33,919 bases of DNA from a bacterium (GTDB lineage: Bacteria; CG03): assembly GCA_043811795.1 (NCBI GenBank), contig JBDRMV010000116.1, positions 1 through 33,919 of the forward strand, given 5' to 3'. Both the position numbers and the translations under genes were made by a program. The notes beneath the pieces are model-generated. The model was not told the origin of the DNA, made no database searches, and worked only from the letters and a program-made list of their open reading frames with translations. Within the stretch, counting starts at the first letter, position 1. Each line of letters begins with the position of its first letter. Shown here piece after piece: positions 24,263-33,613 of this stretch.

Positions 24263-24291
24263 TTGCCAACTTCTTACAAAATTTGTAAAAT
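24263..24291 (+). promoter_or_regulatory. Probable sigma70 promoter
   Basis: TTGCCA-17 bp-TAAAAT. Confidence 0.55.
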
Positions 24292-24315
24292 AGTGCAGAG
24301 TGTAGCGAGGAATAT

Positions 24316-24531
24316 ATGAAGTGTCCCAAATGCGGTAAGGAAAACAAAAAACGCGCGGAATTCTGCAAGTTCTGCGGCGAGAACTTAAAAGAGCCCGAGC
24401 AGCAGCTGACTCTTTCTTTTATGCTGAAATCGCTTTTTGTGATATATGTTCTGATTTTTCTTTTTTACGTGACATATCTTGCGGTAGAGCCGCAGTTTCA
24501 GAAATTTGTAGACAGCCTTGCGACGAAATGA
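24316..24531 (+). CDS. Zinc-ribbon membrane protein
   Basis: CPKCG...FCKFCG followed by one TM; gagg RBS. Confidence 0.75.
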   Translation: MKCPKCGKENKKRAEFCKFCGENLKEPEQQLTLSFMLKSLFVIYVLIFLFYVTYLAVEPQFQKFVDSLATK

Positions 24532-24560
24532 AGGCGCCCTGCACAAACCCTGTAAACGGG

Positions 24561-25133
24561 GTGAAGGTGGGGATTACGGGTTCCCTCGCCTCGGGGAAAA
24601 CGACAGCCCTGAAGGTTTTCCGCTCCTCCGGCTACCGAATTGTTTCAGCGGACAGGATTTCTCACCAACTCCTGAAAAAAGGGTCTTTCTTTTATGAAAG
24701 AATCGTCCGCCGTTTTGGGAAAGGAATTCTTTCGGCGAACAGGGAAATTTCAAGAAAAAAACTGGGAAAAATTGTATTTGCAGATAAAAAGGAGAGAAAA
24801 TTTCTTGAAAGTCAACTGCATCCCGGGATTAAAAAGAGAATAGCGGAACTTGTAAAAAAAGCGGGAAACCTTGCTGTTGAAAATTCTCTCCTGTTTCAAA
24901 TGAAAACGGAAAATTTATTTGACTTCGTAATTTACGTAACCGCGGTTCCTTCGAAAAAGTCGGAGAATTTGAAGCGCAGAAAAATACCCCCGGGAAAAGC
25001 AAAACTTATATTGAAAGCGCAGGGGAGCGCCGCATTGCGAAAGGCGGATTTTGTCGTGCAAAACAATTTTTCTGTTTCAGACTTGCGAAAAAAAATAAAC
25101 AAAATAATTCAAACGATTTCTTATCCCTGCTGA
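24561..25133 (+). CDS. coaE: Dephospho-CoA kinase
   Basis: VGITGSLASGKTT, AD.ISH, R.KLG.IVF, LHP; conserved neighbourhood with pilD. Start is 24528 or 24561. Confidence 0.9.
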   Translation: MKVGITGSLASGKTTALKVFRSSGYRIVSADRISHQLLKKGSFFYERIVRRFGKGILSANREISRKKLGKIVFADKKERKFLESQLHPGIKKRIAELVKKAGNLAVENSLLFQMKTENLFDFVIYVTAVPSKKSENLKRRKIPPGKAKLILKAQGSAALRKADFVVQNNFSVSDLRKKINKIIQTISYPC

Positions 25134-25134
25134 T

Positions 25135-27225
25135 ATGAAAGCGCATCTTAAAAACAGGGTAAAAATATCCGTGGGGTTTTTCTTATTATTGCTCATTTTT
25201 TTTCATAAGATTATTTTTACGGGGCAGAGTTTTTTTGTCAGGGATACTCTTATTCAATTCCACCCGTGGAGGGTTTTTGCGGCGGAACAGATAAAGGACG
25301 GGAAGATTCCGCTCTGGAACCCCTACACTTACAGCGGGATGCCTTTTCTGGCAAATATGCAGTCGGCCGTGTTTTATCCCCCGAATATCCTGTTTTATGT
25401 GCTTCCGTTTGCCGCCGCCTATAAATTTTACATCCTTTTTCACTTTTTCCTTGCGGGTTTTCTCATGTATCTTTTGATGAGGGATTTCGGAGTAAGCGAA
25501 AATGCTGCGTTTGTTTCCGGAGTTGTTTTTGCGTTTAACGGTTATCTTCTCGCAAGGATAGAGTTTTTGAGCGTTCTCGGAACCTCAGTGTGGCTTCCGG
25601 CAGCGTTTCTTCTCCTGAGGAAATGTTTGGAAAAAAACAGCAGATTCAAAAGCGTAATTTTTCTCGGGACCGTTTTTGCCGTTCAGTTCCTTGCCGGTCA
25701 TCCGCAGGTTCTGCTTTACGGGATTTTTCTTTTACTGTTCTATGCGGTCTGTAACGATGTGAAATACAGGAAAATAAAAGCGCTCTCGAGGCTTGCCGTC
25801 GCGGGCCTGATTGCGGTTTTAATTTCAGCAGTTCAGTTGATACCTGTGCTGGAATTCCTTTTACATTCCACCAGGGCGGGCGGACTGGATTACGGGATTG
25901 TTACGACCAATTCTCTTCCGCTTCGCGGCCTGTTTAATTTTTTCAACCCTTTTCCGGAATATCACCACAATTTCTGGGCTTCTGCCTGTTACATCGGTAT
26001 TATTCCCGTTCTTCTTTCGGCGGCGGCTCTTTTCCCGGGACGCCACCCTCCAGCGACCCTGATAAGGAAAAAGAATGTAAGAAAAATAGCGCTTTTCTTC
26101 GGCGCCGTATTTTTAATATCCATCTTTTTTGCCGCAGGTAAATTTAATCCGCTGTTTAAATTTTTTTACGGTTCTGTTCCGCTGTTCGGTTCAATAAGGT
26201 ATCCTGCGGCAATTCTCTATCTTTCGGTTTTTTCCGCGGCCGTTTTAGCGGGTTTCGGTCTTGACCGTCTCCGGTTTTTACCCCGCTCTTGCGCGCAGGG
26301 GCGGGGTTCACGGACTGCTCGAACAATAATTGCGGTTCTGGTTATCTGTGATCTTTTTATCGCAGGCCGGAGGTTTAATTCTATCACTGACCGAAAAATA
26401 TTTACCGTTTACGGCAATAAGATAGCGTTCCTTCGGGCGAATAACGGTTTTCACAGGTTTTTTCTCACCCCGAAGACCGACAGCGCAAGGATGGTTCGGG
26501 GCCTCAGTTTTTTCGGTGCATGGTCAAACTGGAAGGACAATCTTTACGGGAATACCAATATGTGTTTCCGCCTTTTTAATGCCGGCGGCCAGGACTTGAG
26601 GATAAAGCGTTGCGATGACTTTTTGAACAGAGTGGCCGCGTCGGGTTCAATAGCGCGCGCCGAAAAACTGCTTTCAATGCTTAACGTTAAATATGTGTTA
26701 AGCATGGACGGGGTAAAATCGCAAAAATACAAAGAGGTTCTCGGCGGTCCTGTCAAAATTTATGAAAACGGAAATTTTCTGCCCCGTGCATTTTTTGTCC
26801 GGAAGGCGGTTATTAAGGAGAAAGCGGAAGTTCTTGATTACCTGGCGGGCGGGCTGTTTAATCCGCTAAAAGAAGTCGTTCTTGAGAAAGCCCCGGAAGA
26901 ACGCACGGAAAAACAGGCACTGTCCGGCAATGAAAAGGGTTCGGCAGAAATAGTTCACTATAATGCGGGTGAAGTTGTTGTCAGAGTTTTTGCCCCCGGT
27001 GACGGCTGGGTTGTTTTAAGTGATGCGTATTTCCCGGGCTGGAAGGCGTATATTGACGGCGAGAAGACGGAAATTTTTAGGGCTAATTATATTTTCCGCG
27101 CGGTTTCCGTAGGTCCGGGGCGCCATACGATTAAGTTTGTGTATAAGCCGGTGTCTTATAAAATCGGCGAGGCGGCAACTGTTGTTTCGCTGCTTTGTGT
27201 TTTGGCGGTTGTTTTAATAAAATAA
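25135..27225 (+). CDS. YfhO-family GT-C membrane glycosyltransferase
   Basis: PLWNPYTYSGMPFLAN, AGHPQ, LPRAF, SDAYFPGWKAYIDG, GRHTIKFVY. Confidence 0.8.
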   Translation: MKAHLKNRVKISVGFFLLLLIFFHKIIFTGQSFFVRDTLIQFHPWRVFAAEQIKDGKIPLWNPYTYSGMPFLANMQSAVFYPPNILFYVLPFAAAYKFYILFHFFLAGFLMYLLMRDFGVSENAAFVSGVVFAFNGYLLARIEFLSVLGTSVWLPAAFLLLRKCLEKNSRFKSVIFLGTVFAVQFLAGHPQVLLYGIFLLLFYAVCNDVKYRKIKALSRLAVAGLIAVLISAVQLIPVLEFLLHSTRAGGLDYGIVTTNSLPLRGLFNFFNPFPEYHHNFWASACYIGIIPVLLSAAALFPGRHPPATLIRKKNVRKIALFFGAVFLISIFFAAGKFNPLFKFFYGSVPLFGSIRYPAAILYLSVFSAAVLAGFGLDRLRFLPRSCAQGRGSRTARTIIAVLVICDLFIAGRRFNSITDRKIFTVYGNKIAFLRANNGFHRFFLTPKTDSARMVRGLSFFGAWSNWKDNLYGNTNMCFRLFNAGGQDLRIKRCDDFLNRVAASGSIARAEKLLSMLNVKYVLSMDGVKSQKYKEVLGGPVKIYENGNFLPRAFFVRKAVIKEKAEVLDYLAGGLFNPLKEVVLEKAPEERTEKQALSGNEKGSAEIVHYNAGEVVVRVFAPGDGWVVLSDAYFPGWKAYIDGEKTEIFRANYIFRAVSVGPGRHTIKFVYKPVSYKIGEAATVVSLLCVLAVVLIK

Positions 27226-27396
27226 AAAAATGATTGCAGGGTATGAAGTGAAAAATTTTGTAAGAAATTGCAGCGAGCGGTTTTGGTTGTGGTCGTAGAT
27301 GTGCCGTGGCGTGCTGAAAGCTGCATTAAGGGGAAATGTCATATTGCCTGCCTGGCGGCAGACAGGTAAAGCACCGTCCCCCCATGGGAGGAAAAA

Positions 27397-28407
27397 ATGA
27401 TTCAGGAAGCGATTGTAAAACTGTGTAACGGGATGGATTTGTCGCCGGAAGAAATGAAAACCGTATTCAGGGAAATAATGGACGGGGATGCAACGCCTTC
27501 GCAGATGGGTTCATTCCTTACCGCTCTGCGTCTCAAGGGGGAGACGATAGAGGAGATTACGGCTGCTGCCGAAATTATGAGAGAAAAGATGGTAAAAATA
27601 AACGTCCGTTCGGGCGAAGAAACAATCCTGGACACCTGCGGCACGGGCGGTTCGGGAACGAACACGTTTAATATTTCAACCGCATCCGCTTTCACGGTGG
27701 CCGGCGCCGGGGTGAAAGTCGCCAAGCACGGCAACAGGTCGGCGTCTTCGCATTGCGGCAGTGCGGATGTCCTTGAGGAACTCGGGGTGGATATAATGAT
27801 GCCCCCCGATAAAGTTGCAGAATGCGTGAAGAAGACAGGTATAGGTTTTCTTTTTGCGCGTCTTTTTCACCCTGCGATGAAAAACGTTGCAGCAACAAGA
27901 AAGGAAATGGGCGTTAGAACAATTTTTAACATTCTCGGGCCCCTTTCTTCCCCCGCCGGAGCGGATGCTCATGTCTTGGGCGTCTATGACGCATCGCTCG
28001 TGGAAGTCATGGCGAACGTTCTGAATAATCTGAAAGTTAAAAGGGCGTTTGTCGTTCACGGAATGGACAATCTTGACGAGTTGACGGTAACAGGCCCGAC
28101 TCTCGTCGCCGAGGTCAAAGCGGGGAAGGTCTCGGCGTACAGCATAAGCCCCGGGGACTTTGGTTTGAAAGTTTATCCTCCCTCCGAACTCGCCGGCGGC
28201 GACGCCAAAAAAAACTCTTCTCTCGTCCTATGCGTTTTGAAAGGAGAAAAGGGCGCGAAAAGAGATATTGTGCTTTTGAACTCCGCCGCCGCCCTTGTCT
28301 GCGCGGGAAAAGCGGAAGGAATCAAAGATGGTATAAAACTTGCCGAAAAATCAATAGATTCCGGAGCGGCGCTTGAGAAACTGGAAAAACTGAAAAAATT
28401 CAAGTAA
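27397..28407 (+). CDS. trpD: Anthranilate phosphoribosyltransferase
   Basis: LRLKGET, DTCGTGG, NISTA, KHGNRSASS, GSADVLE, RTIFNILGPL. Confidence 0.97.
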   Translation: MIQEAIVKLCNGMDLSPEEMKTVFREIMDGDATPSQMGSFLTALRLKGETIEEITAAAEIMREKMVKINVRSGEETILDTCGTGGSGTNTFNISTASAFTVAGAGVKVAKHGNRSASSHCGSADVLEELGVDIMMPPDKVAECVKKTGIGFLFARLFHPAMKNVAATRKEMGVRTIFNILGPLSSPAGADAHVLGVYDASLVEVMANVLNNLKVKRAFVVHGMDNLDELTVTGPTLVAEVKAGKVSAYSISPGDFGLKVYPPSELAGGDAKKNSSLVLCVLKGEKGAKRDIVLLNSAAALVCAGKAEGIKDGIKLAEKSIDSGAALEKLEKLKKFK

Positions 28408-28429
28408 TTAAGAATTCCTTCTAACCGCT

Positions 28430-29125
28430 GTGAAAATCGTTCTTGCCACAAAAAACAAAGATAAAATCAGGGAAATTAAAGATATTCTAAAAGATACCGT
28501 GGTTGAATTTGTCGGCTTGGACGAATTTGAATTCCTCGGGGTAGTGGAAGATGGAAAAACTTTTTTTGCAAATGCGAAAAAAAAGGCGTTTGAGACATCC
28601 CGGCATACCGGTCTTCCGGCTCTGGCTGACGATTCAGGCCTTGTCGTCCCCGCTCTCGACGGCGCCCCGGGGCTATATTCGTCAAGATATGCGGGGAAAA
28701 ATGCGACTTATGAGGACAACGTCGGAAAACTGCTGAAAGAACTTACGGGTAAAACGGACAGGAAAGCGAAATTTGTCTGCGTGTGCGTTTTGTTTTTTCC
28801 CGGCGGTAGATATTTCACAGCGCGCGGGGAAATTAAGGGTTTGATAACGGAAGAACCCATGGGGCGTGCGGGTTTCGGTTACGACCCTGTTTTTTTTGTG
28901 CCCGGGATAAGAAAAACCCTGTCCGAAATTCCGCAGTTTGAGAAAAATAAAATGAGTCACAGGGGAATTGCTTTCAGGAAAATGGCAGAAATAATAAAAA
29001 GAATGAAGTTGAGTCCACCGCAGGCGGACGCCACCCTTCCTCCACAGGCGGACGAAGACGCCCACCACCATGATAAGGATGGAGAGCAGACGAAATCCGC
29101 CGTGGCGGGAGTGAAGAGTGAATAG
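28430..29125 (+). CDS. rdgB: dITP/XTP pyrophosphatase (HAM1/RdgB) with repeat-derived C-terminal tail
   Basis: ATKNKDKIRE, DDSGL, GAPGLYSSRY, GFGYDPVF, KNKMSHR. Confidence 0.95.
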   Translation: MKIVLATKNKDKIREIKDILKDTVVEFVGLDEFEFLGVVEDGKTFFANAKKKAFETSRHTGLPALADDSGLVVPALDGAPGLYSSRYAGKNATYEDNVGKLLKELTGKTDRKAKFVCVCVLFFPGGRYFTARGEIKGLITEEPMGRAGFGYDPVFFVPGIRKTLSEIPQFEKNKMSHRGIAFRKMAEIIKRMKLSPPQADATLPPQADEDAHHHDKDGEQTKSAVAGVKSE

Positions 29126-30587
29126 CAGTTTATTGTACATTACACTTTATATTTTACTTTTTACGGTTAATATTTTTGCTTCGGATTTCAACGAAGTTTT
29201 AAAAGTTATTTTCAATTACCAGATGGAAACAGCGCAGGAAAAACTGAAAAAAGCAAAATTGACGGAAAGCGAAAGAAATTTTGCGGAAGGAATTTATTTT
29301 TTTTACGAGGGGGAATACGGTAAATCTCTTGAAAGACTAAACAGGGCGCCGATCGCATCTGAATTTGACTGGAGAGAGCACGTTCGCGGAATGCAGGAAA
29401 TCTCCGCCGGTTTTGAGCAGGAGAAAATATCCGGTTTCCTTGTGCGCTATCAGCCCGCCGACCGCATTATGCTTCCTTACCTGAGAGACCTGATGCCTTT
29501 AATAAACAGGAGGATGAAGCGGATTTTCGGTATGAAGGCTGACGGCATTGTTCTTGAGATATATCCCGACAAGGAAAAGTTCCTGACCGCTTCCCTGCTG
29601 AGTGAAGAAGAACAGAAGCGCTCGGGAACCGTTGCGATTTCAAAATTCAACCGGCTGATGATTCTTTCACCGCGCCTGCTTCCGTACGGGTATAACTGGC
29701 GGGATACGGTTTCCCACGAATACATACACTGCATAATAGGTCATAAGACCGCGCTGAATATTCCTCTTTACCTGAACGAAGGAATTGCGAGGACCTGCGA
29801 GTCGTTGTGGAGGGAAAAAGAGGTTTCCCTTGACCCCGCCGTCAAGAGCACTCTCGGCCTGGCAAAAGAGACAGGGTTTATCCCGTTTGAAAAATTCAAG
29901 AGAGGGATGCCGTCCCTCCCGAACCAGGAAGAGGTCTCTCTCGCCTTCGCCGAGGTTAACTATATGGTATTTTCTTTGATTGAAAAATACGGTTTTAAGA
30001 AATTATCGGGGTTGCTGACCGGCGCGGGCCTGCTGGGTTTCGAGAATGCCTTTCGCAAACAGTACGGTCCGCTGGACGAATTTCTTGCGGATTACTGGAG
30101 CGCTCTCAAAAACAACGACTGGCAGTACAGCGGCGTTCTCCCTGATTTTATCTACTGGGAAAAAACAGACGAGTTTGCTCTTTTTTCTGTAAGGGATTTC
30201 ATCCGTCTCGGCGACCGGCTGCGTATGAAAAAAGAATTCCCGCTCGCTCTTCTGCAGTATAAAAAAGCGGAAGTGAAAGAGCCCGAAAATTCAATCGTTC
30301 TTGTGAAGATTGCAAAGACATACGAAGCGATGAAAGAATTTGCCAAAGCGGAAAAATATTTTTCGCGGGCTCTGGCAGCGGGACCGGACAACTTTGTCTG
30401 TCTCACTTCTTTCTCAAGATTTTTGTTCAATAAAGAGCGGTTTGAAGAATGTATTCCCCTCCTGAAAAAAGCGCTGGACAGGAACCCCTTTTACGGAGAA
30501 GGTTATAAAATGCTGGCTGAAATTTATAAAAAGCAGGCGAACCCGCAGGCGGAGAAAAAATACCGCCGGATGGGGGAATCGCTGTGA
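29118..30587 (+). CDS. Exported gluzincin (peptidase MA-like) with TPRs
   Basis: Signal ending NIFA; HEYIH...PLYLNEGIA; TPR-like helices at both ends. Confidence 0.75.
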   Translation: MNSSLLYITLYILLFTVNIFASDFNEVLKVIFNYQMETAQEKLKKAKLTESERNFAEGIYFFYEGEYGKSLERLNRAPIASEFDWREHVRGMQEISAGFEQEKISGFLVRYQPADRIMLPYLRDLMPLINRRMKRIFGMKADGIVLEIYPDKEKFLTASLLSEEEQKRSGTVAISKFNRLMILSPRLLPYGYNWRDTVSHEYIHCIIGHKTALNIPLYLNEGIARTCESLWREKEVSLDPAVKSTLGLAKETGFIPFEKFKRGMPSLPNQEEVSLAFAEVNYMVFSLIEKYGFKKLSGLLTGAGLLGFENAFRKQYGPLDEFLADYWSALKNNDWQYSGVLPDFIYWEKTDEFALFSVRDFIRLGDRLRMKKEFPLALLQYKKAEVKEPENSIVLVKIAKTYEAMKEFAKAEKYFSRALAAGPDNFVCLTSFSRFLFNKERFEECIPLLKKALDRNPFYGEGYKMLAEIYKKQANPQAEKKYRRMGESL

Positions 30588-32284
30588 AAAAACTTTCGGA
30601 AGAACAGATTAAGAAAATAATTCCGGATTACAAAGAAGATGCTTATCTGCTGACGAAGGATGAAATCCGTAATCTCCGTGAAAGGTCAGCCCTCTCCGGC
30701 CTCCCCGGAAACACAGAGATAAAAAAAGCGCTCACGGAGAATTTTATAGGCGGCGTCGCAGGTTCAATTGCCGTTTATATGGATATAAACAATTTCAAGG
30801 CATACAACGACAATTACGGTTTTATCAAAGGCGATTTCGTCATAAAGACGCTGGCCGGTGAATTTTCCCGACGGGCGGCCGGTTTTGCCGGTCACATTGG
30901 CGGCGACGATTTTGCGGCTATAATGGATGACAAAGTTTTTGCTCAATTTTCACGCGGCTTATTATCATTTTTTGAAGAGAACCTGCGGGATTTTTATGAT
31001 GAGGCGGATTACGAAAGGGGCTGTATCATAACTTTCGACAGGGACGGCAACAGGCACAGTTTCCCGCTGATGGGGATAACAGTTGTCGCTTTCGGCAAAA
31101 ACAAAACCTTTAAGACCGCCGGGGATGTTGGTGAGTTCGCCGCACGGTTAAAGAAAATGGCGAAATTGAGAGATAAGAAAACTATCGGGAATTCCATTGT
31201 TTTTAAGTATGACGGTTCTTCTGTCACCCCGCTTGACGATATTATAGAAGACGATGACCTCCCGCTTAAAATAAGAAGGAGTGTCGTTGAGGCGCTCGGC
31301 GAAATAAAGGACTTACCTTATGAGAACGTTCTTGTAAAAATTTTAAAGGAGCCGCGTTATTACTTGCTGAAAAAAAGCGCTCTTTACGCTTTGGGACGTT
31401 TGCGGAGCAGGGAAACAATTCCGGTCGTTTCCGGATTTCTTTCCGACGCTTCGGCGCATTTGAGGATGCGGGCGGTTGAGGCGCTCGGCGAAATGGGTTC
31501 GGCGCAGACGGGGAGCGCCGTGGCGGCTCTGACCGGTGATAAAAATTTTTATGTAAAGAAAGCGGCTGTCCTTGCTCTCGGTAAAATTGCCGATAAAAAA
31601 TTTACGGACGTTTTAAGGCGTTGTCTTGAAGACAGAGATGTGCGTTCGGAAGCGTTTATTTCGCTTGCGATGCTCGGTGATGAAGACGCGGTCTCGGCTC
31701 TTCCTGTTTTTATAAACGACGATTCCAACCCGAAACTTTTGAGAATTACCGCTCTAAAGATTATGTCCGGAATAAAAGATTACCGCAGGGGTTTGCTCGT
31801 TCTCAGAAACATAACGGAGAAAACCCCCGAAATGATTATTGAATGTTTGTATGCGGTTTCAAAAATTCTGCGCAATTCCGGTTTTACGGTAAGAGAAGAT
31901 GATGTGCAGGAGGTCTTTTCGCTTGTTTCCGGCAAATTGTGGAGAGTGAGGCGTGCGCTCGCCGAATTCTGCGGCGAGGTCAAAGGACCCTTGAGCGAGA
32001 AAACGCTGGAAAAATTGAGCGGCGATTTTTTTGAGAGCGTCAGAGCGAAGGCGGTGGAGGCATTCGGGAACTTTCCAGGCAGGGCGTGGCATCTTCTGAA
32101 GTTCTTTTCCGACCCGAGCATTTCCGTAAGGAATGCGGCGGTTACAAGCATTAAATTTATGGATATTCCGGAAGACGGGAAGGGCGATATTGTGGAAAGT
32201 TTAAGAGTTCTCCTGAAAAGCCCCTCTCACGAAATTGCGGACAATGCCGCAAAGTCAATCATACACATCCTCAGAAAAAAGTAA
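30584..32284 (+). CDS. GGDEF-domain (GGDDF variant) protein fused to HEAT repeats
   Basis: LSGLPGN, YMDINNFKAYNDNYGFIKGD, GHIGGDDF; repeated R..AVEALG units. Confidence 0.85.
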   Translation: MKKLSEEQIKKIIPDYKEDAYLLTKDEIRNLRERSALSGLPGNTEIKKALTENFIGGVAGSIAVYMDINNFKAYNDNYGFIKGDFVIKTLAGEFSRRAAGFAGHIGGDDFAAIMDDKVFAQFSRGLLSFFEENLRDFYDEADYERGCIITFDRDGNRHSFPLMGITVVAFGKNKTFKTAGDVGEFAARLKKMAKLRDKKTIGNSIVFKYDGSSVTPLDDIIEDDDLPLKIRRSVVEALGEIKDLPYENVLVKILKEPRYYLLKKSALYALGRLRSRETIPVVSGFLSDASAHLRMRAVEALGEMGSAQTGSAVAALTGDKNFYVKKAAVLALGKIADKKFTDVLRRCLEDRDVRSEAFISLAMLGDEDAVSALPVFINDDSNPKLLRITALKIMSGIKDYRRGLLVLRNITEKTPEMIIECLYAVSKILRNSGFTVREDDVQEVFSLVSGKLWRVRRALAEFCGEVKGPLSEKTLEKLSGDFFESVRAKAVEAFGNFPGRAWHLLKFFSDPSISVRNAAVTSIKFMDIPEDGKGDIVESLRVLLKSPSHEIADNAAKSIIHILRKK

Positions 32285-32286
32285 GA

Positions 32287-32315
32287 TTGTGATTTACGGG
32301 TTCTTTTATTATAAT
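32287..32315 (+). promoter_or_regulatory. Sigma70-type promoter, probably giving a leaderless nfeD mRNA
   Basis: TTGTGA-17 bp-TATAAT ending 6 nt before ATG 32322; no SD. Confidence 0.55.
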
Positions 32316-32321
32316 TGCGCT

Positions 32322-33611
32322 ATGAAAATAACGAAGATTTTTCTTATTGCTTTTATCACGGTTTTTCTCGGTTCAGTTTCTCACTCCGCCACCTGCAGGA
32401 TTTTTACGGTTGAAGGTATAATAGACCCTGTGGTCGCCGATTACATTGAAAAGGGCCTGGCGAAGGAAGATTTTGATATTGCCCTTATTGCGCTGAACAC
32501 ACCCGGTGGGCTCATGGAATCGATGCAGGATATTGTAAGGGCGATGCTTAACTGTCCGGAGCCCGTCTGCGTGTGGATAGGCCCGTCGGGCGGGCGCTCC
32601 GCTTCGGCGGGCGTCTTTATTACCGTCGCCGCGGATTTTTCAGCGATGGCTCCGGCGACGAATATAGGCGCCGCCCATCCTGTCCAGATGGGAATCGGCG
32701 GCCAAGAGGGAAAACAGCAGGACGAGATGATGGAAAAAGTCGTAAACGATGCCGTCGCCTATATTCAGTCAATCGCCCGCGAGCGCGGCAGGCCCCTCGA
32801 CTGGGTAAAGGACGCCGTTAAAAAGAGCGTTTCAATAGGTGAGAAAGAAGCGTTAAAAATTGGCATTATCGATTTTATCGCCGAGACCCCCGAGGAAATG
32901 CTGAAAAAGATTAACGGCCGGCAGATTGAAAAAAAAGGCAGGCAGATAAAAATCAGCACGAAACATATGACAGTTGAATACGAGACACTCTCCGTGTGGA
33001 AGGATTTTCTTCACAAACTCGCAAACCCGAACATCGCCTTTGTTCTTATGATTATAGGCGTGTGGGGGATTATCCATGAAGCGTCCAGCCCGGGGGTGGG
33101 TTTCGGAGCGGTCATAGGAGGCATTTCTCTTCTTCTGGCTTTTTCCGCGATGAGAGTTCTTCCGATAAACATGACGGGGCTTCTTCTTATAATCCTCGGT
33201 GTCGTTTTGCTTTTCCTTGAAATTTTCACCCCGACTTTCGGCATCCTGACGGTCGGCGGGCTGGCGTCGTTTGCTCTCGGAGGGATGATGCTTATTGATA
33301 GGGCAAAAATGAACATAGGCGTTTCGCTTGGGACAATTCTCCCTTCCGTGGTTCTGCTCGCCGCTTTTATGTTTTTTGTTGTGGCGGTCATTGTGAAGAG
33401 TCAGAAGAAGAAAATAGAAACGGGAGTGCAGGGCATGCTCGGCGCGGAAGGTGAGGCAATGGGGAAAATTTCGGGGAGAGGGCAGGTTTTTGTTCACGGC
33501 GAAATATGGAACGCCCGTTCGTCGGAAAAAATAGAGAAAGGCAAAAGAATCAGAGTCGCGGAAGTTGACGGAAACACGCTGGTTGTCGAGGAAATACGGG
33601 GCGGGGTCTGA
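32322..33611 (+). CDS. nfeD: Long-form NfeD membrane serine protease (ClpP class)
   Basis: LNTPGG, SASAG, MAPATNIGAAHPV, EKVVND; TM region; C-terminal OB fold GQVFVHGEIWNA. Confidence 0.92.
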   Translation: MKITKIFLIAFITVFLGSVSHSATCRIFTVEGIIDPVVADYIEKGLAKEDFDIALIALNTPGGLMESMQDIVRAMLNCPEPVCVWIGPSGGRSASAGVFITVAADFSAMAPATNIGAAHPVQMGIGGQEGKQQDEMMEKVVNDAVAYIQSIARERGRPLDWVKDAVKKSVSIGEKEALKIGIIDFIAETPEEMLKKINGRQIEKKGRQIKISTKHMTVEYETLSVWKDFLHKLANPNIAFVLMIIGVWGIIHEASSPGVGFGAVIGGISLLLAFSAMRVLPINMTGLLLIILGVVLLFLEIFTPTFGILTVGGLASFALGGMMLIDRAKMNIGVSLGTILPSVVLLAAFMFFVVAVIVKSQKKKIETGVQGMLGAEGEAMGKISGRGQVFVHGEIWNARSSEKIEKGKRIRVAEVDGNTLVVEEIRGGV

Positions 33612-33613
33612 GA

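Noticed and set aside
27230-27396. trp attenuator or T-box before trpD
   Set aside because: No Trp-codon-rich leader peptide or T-box consensus was seen, only short palindromes such as cctgcctggcggcagacagg (27347-27366).
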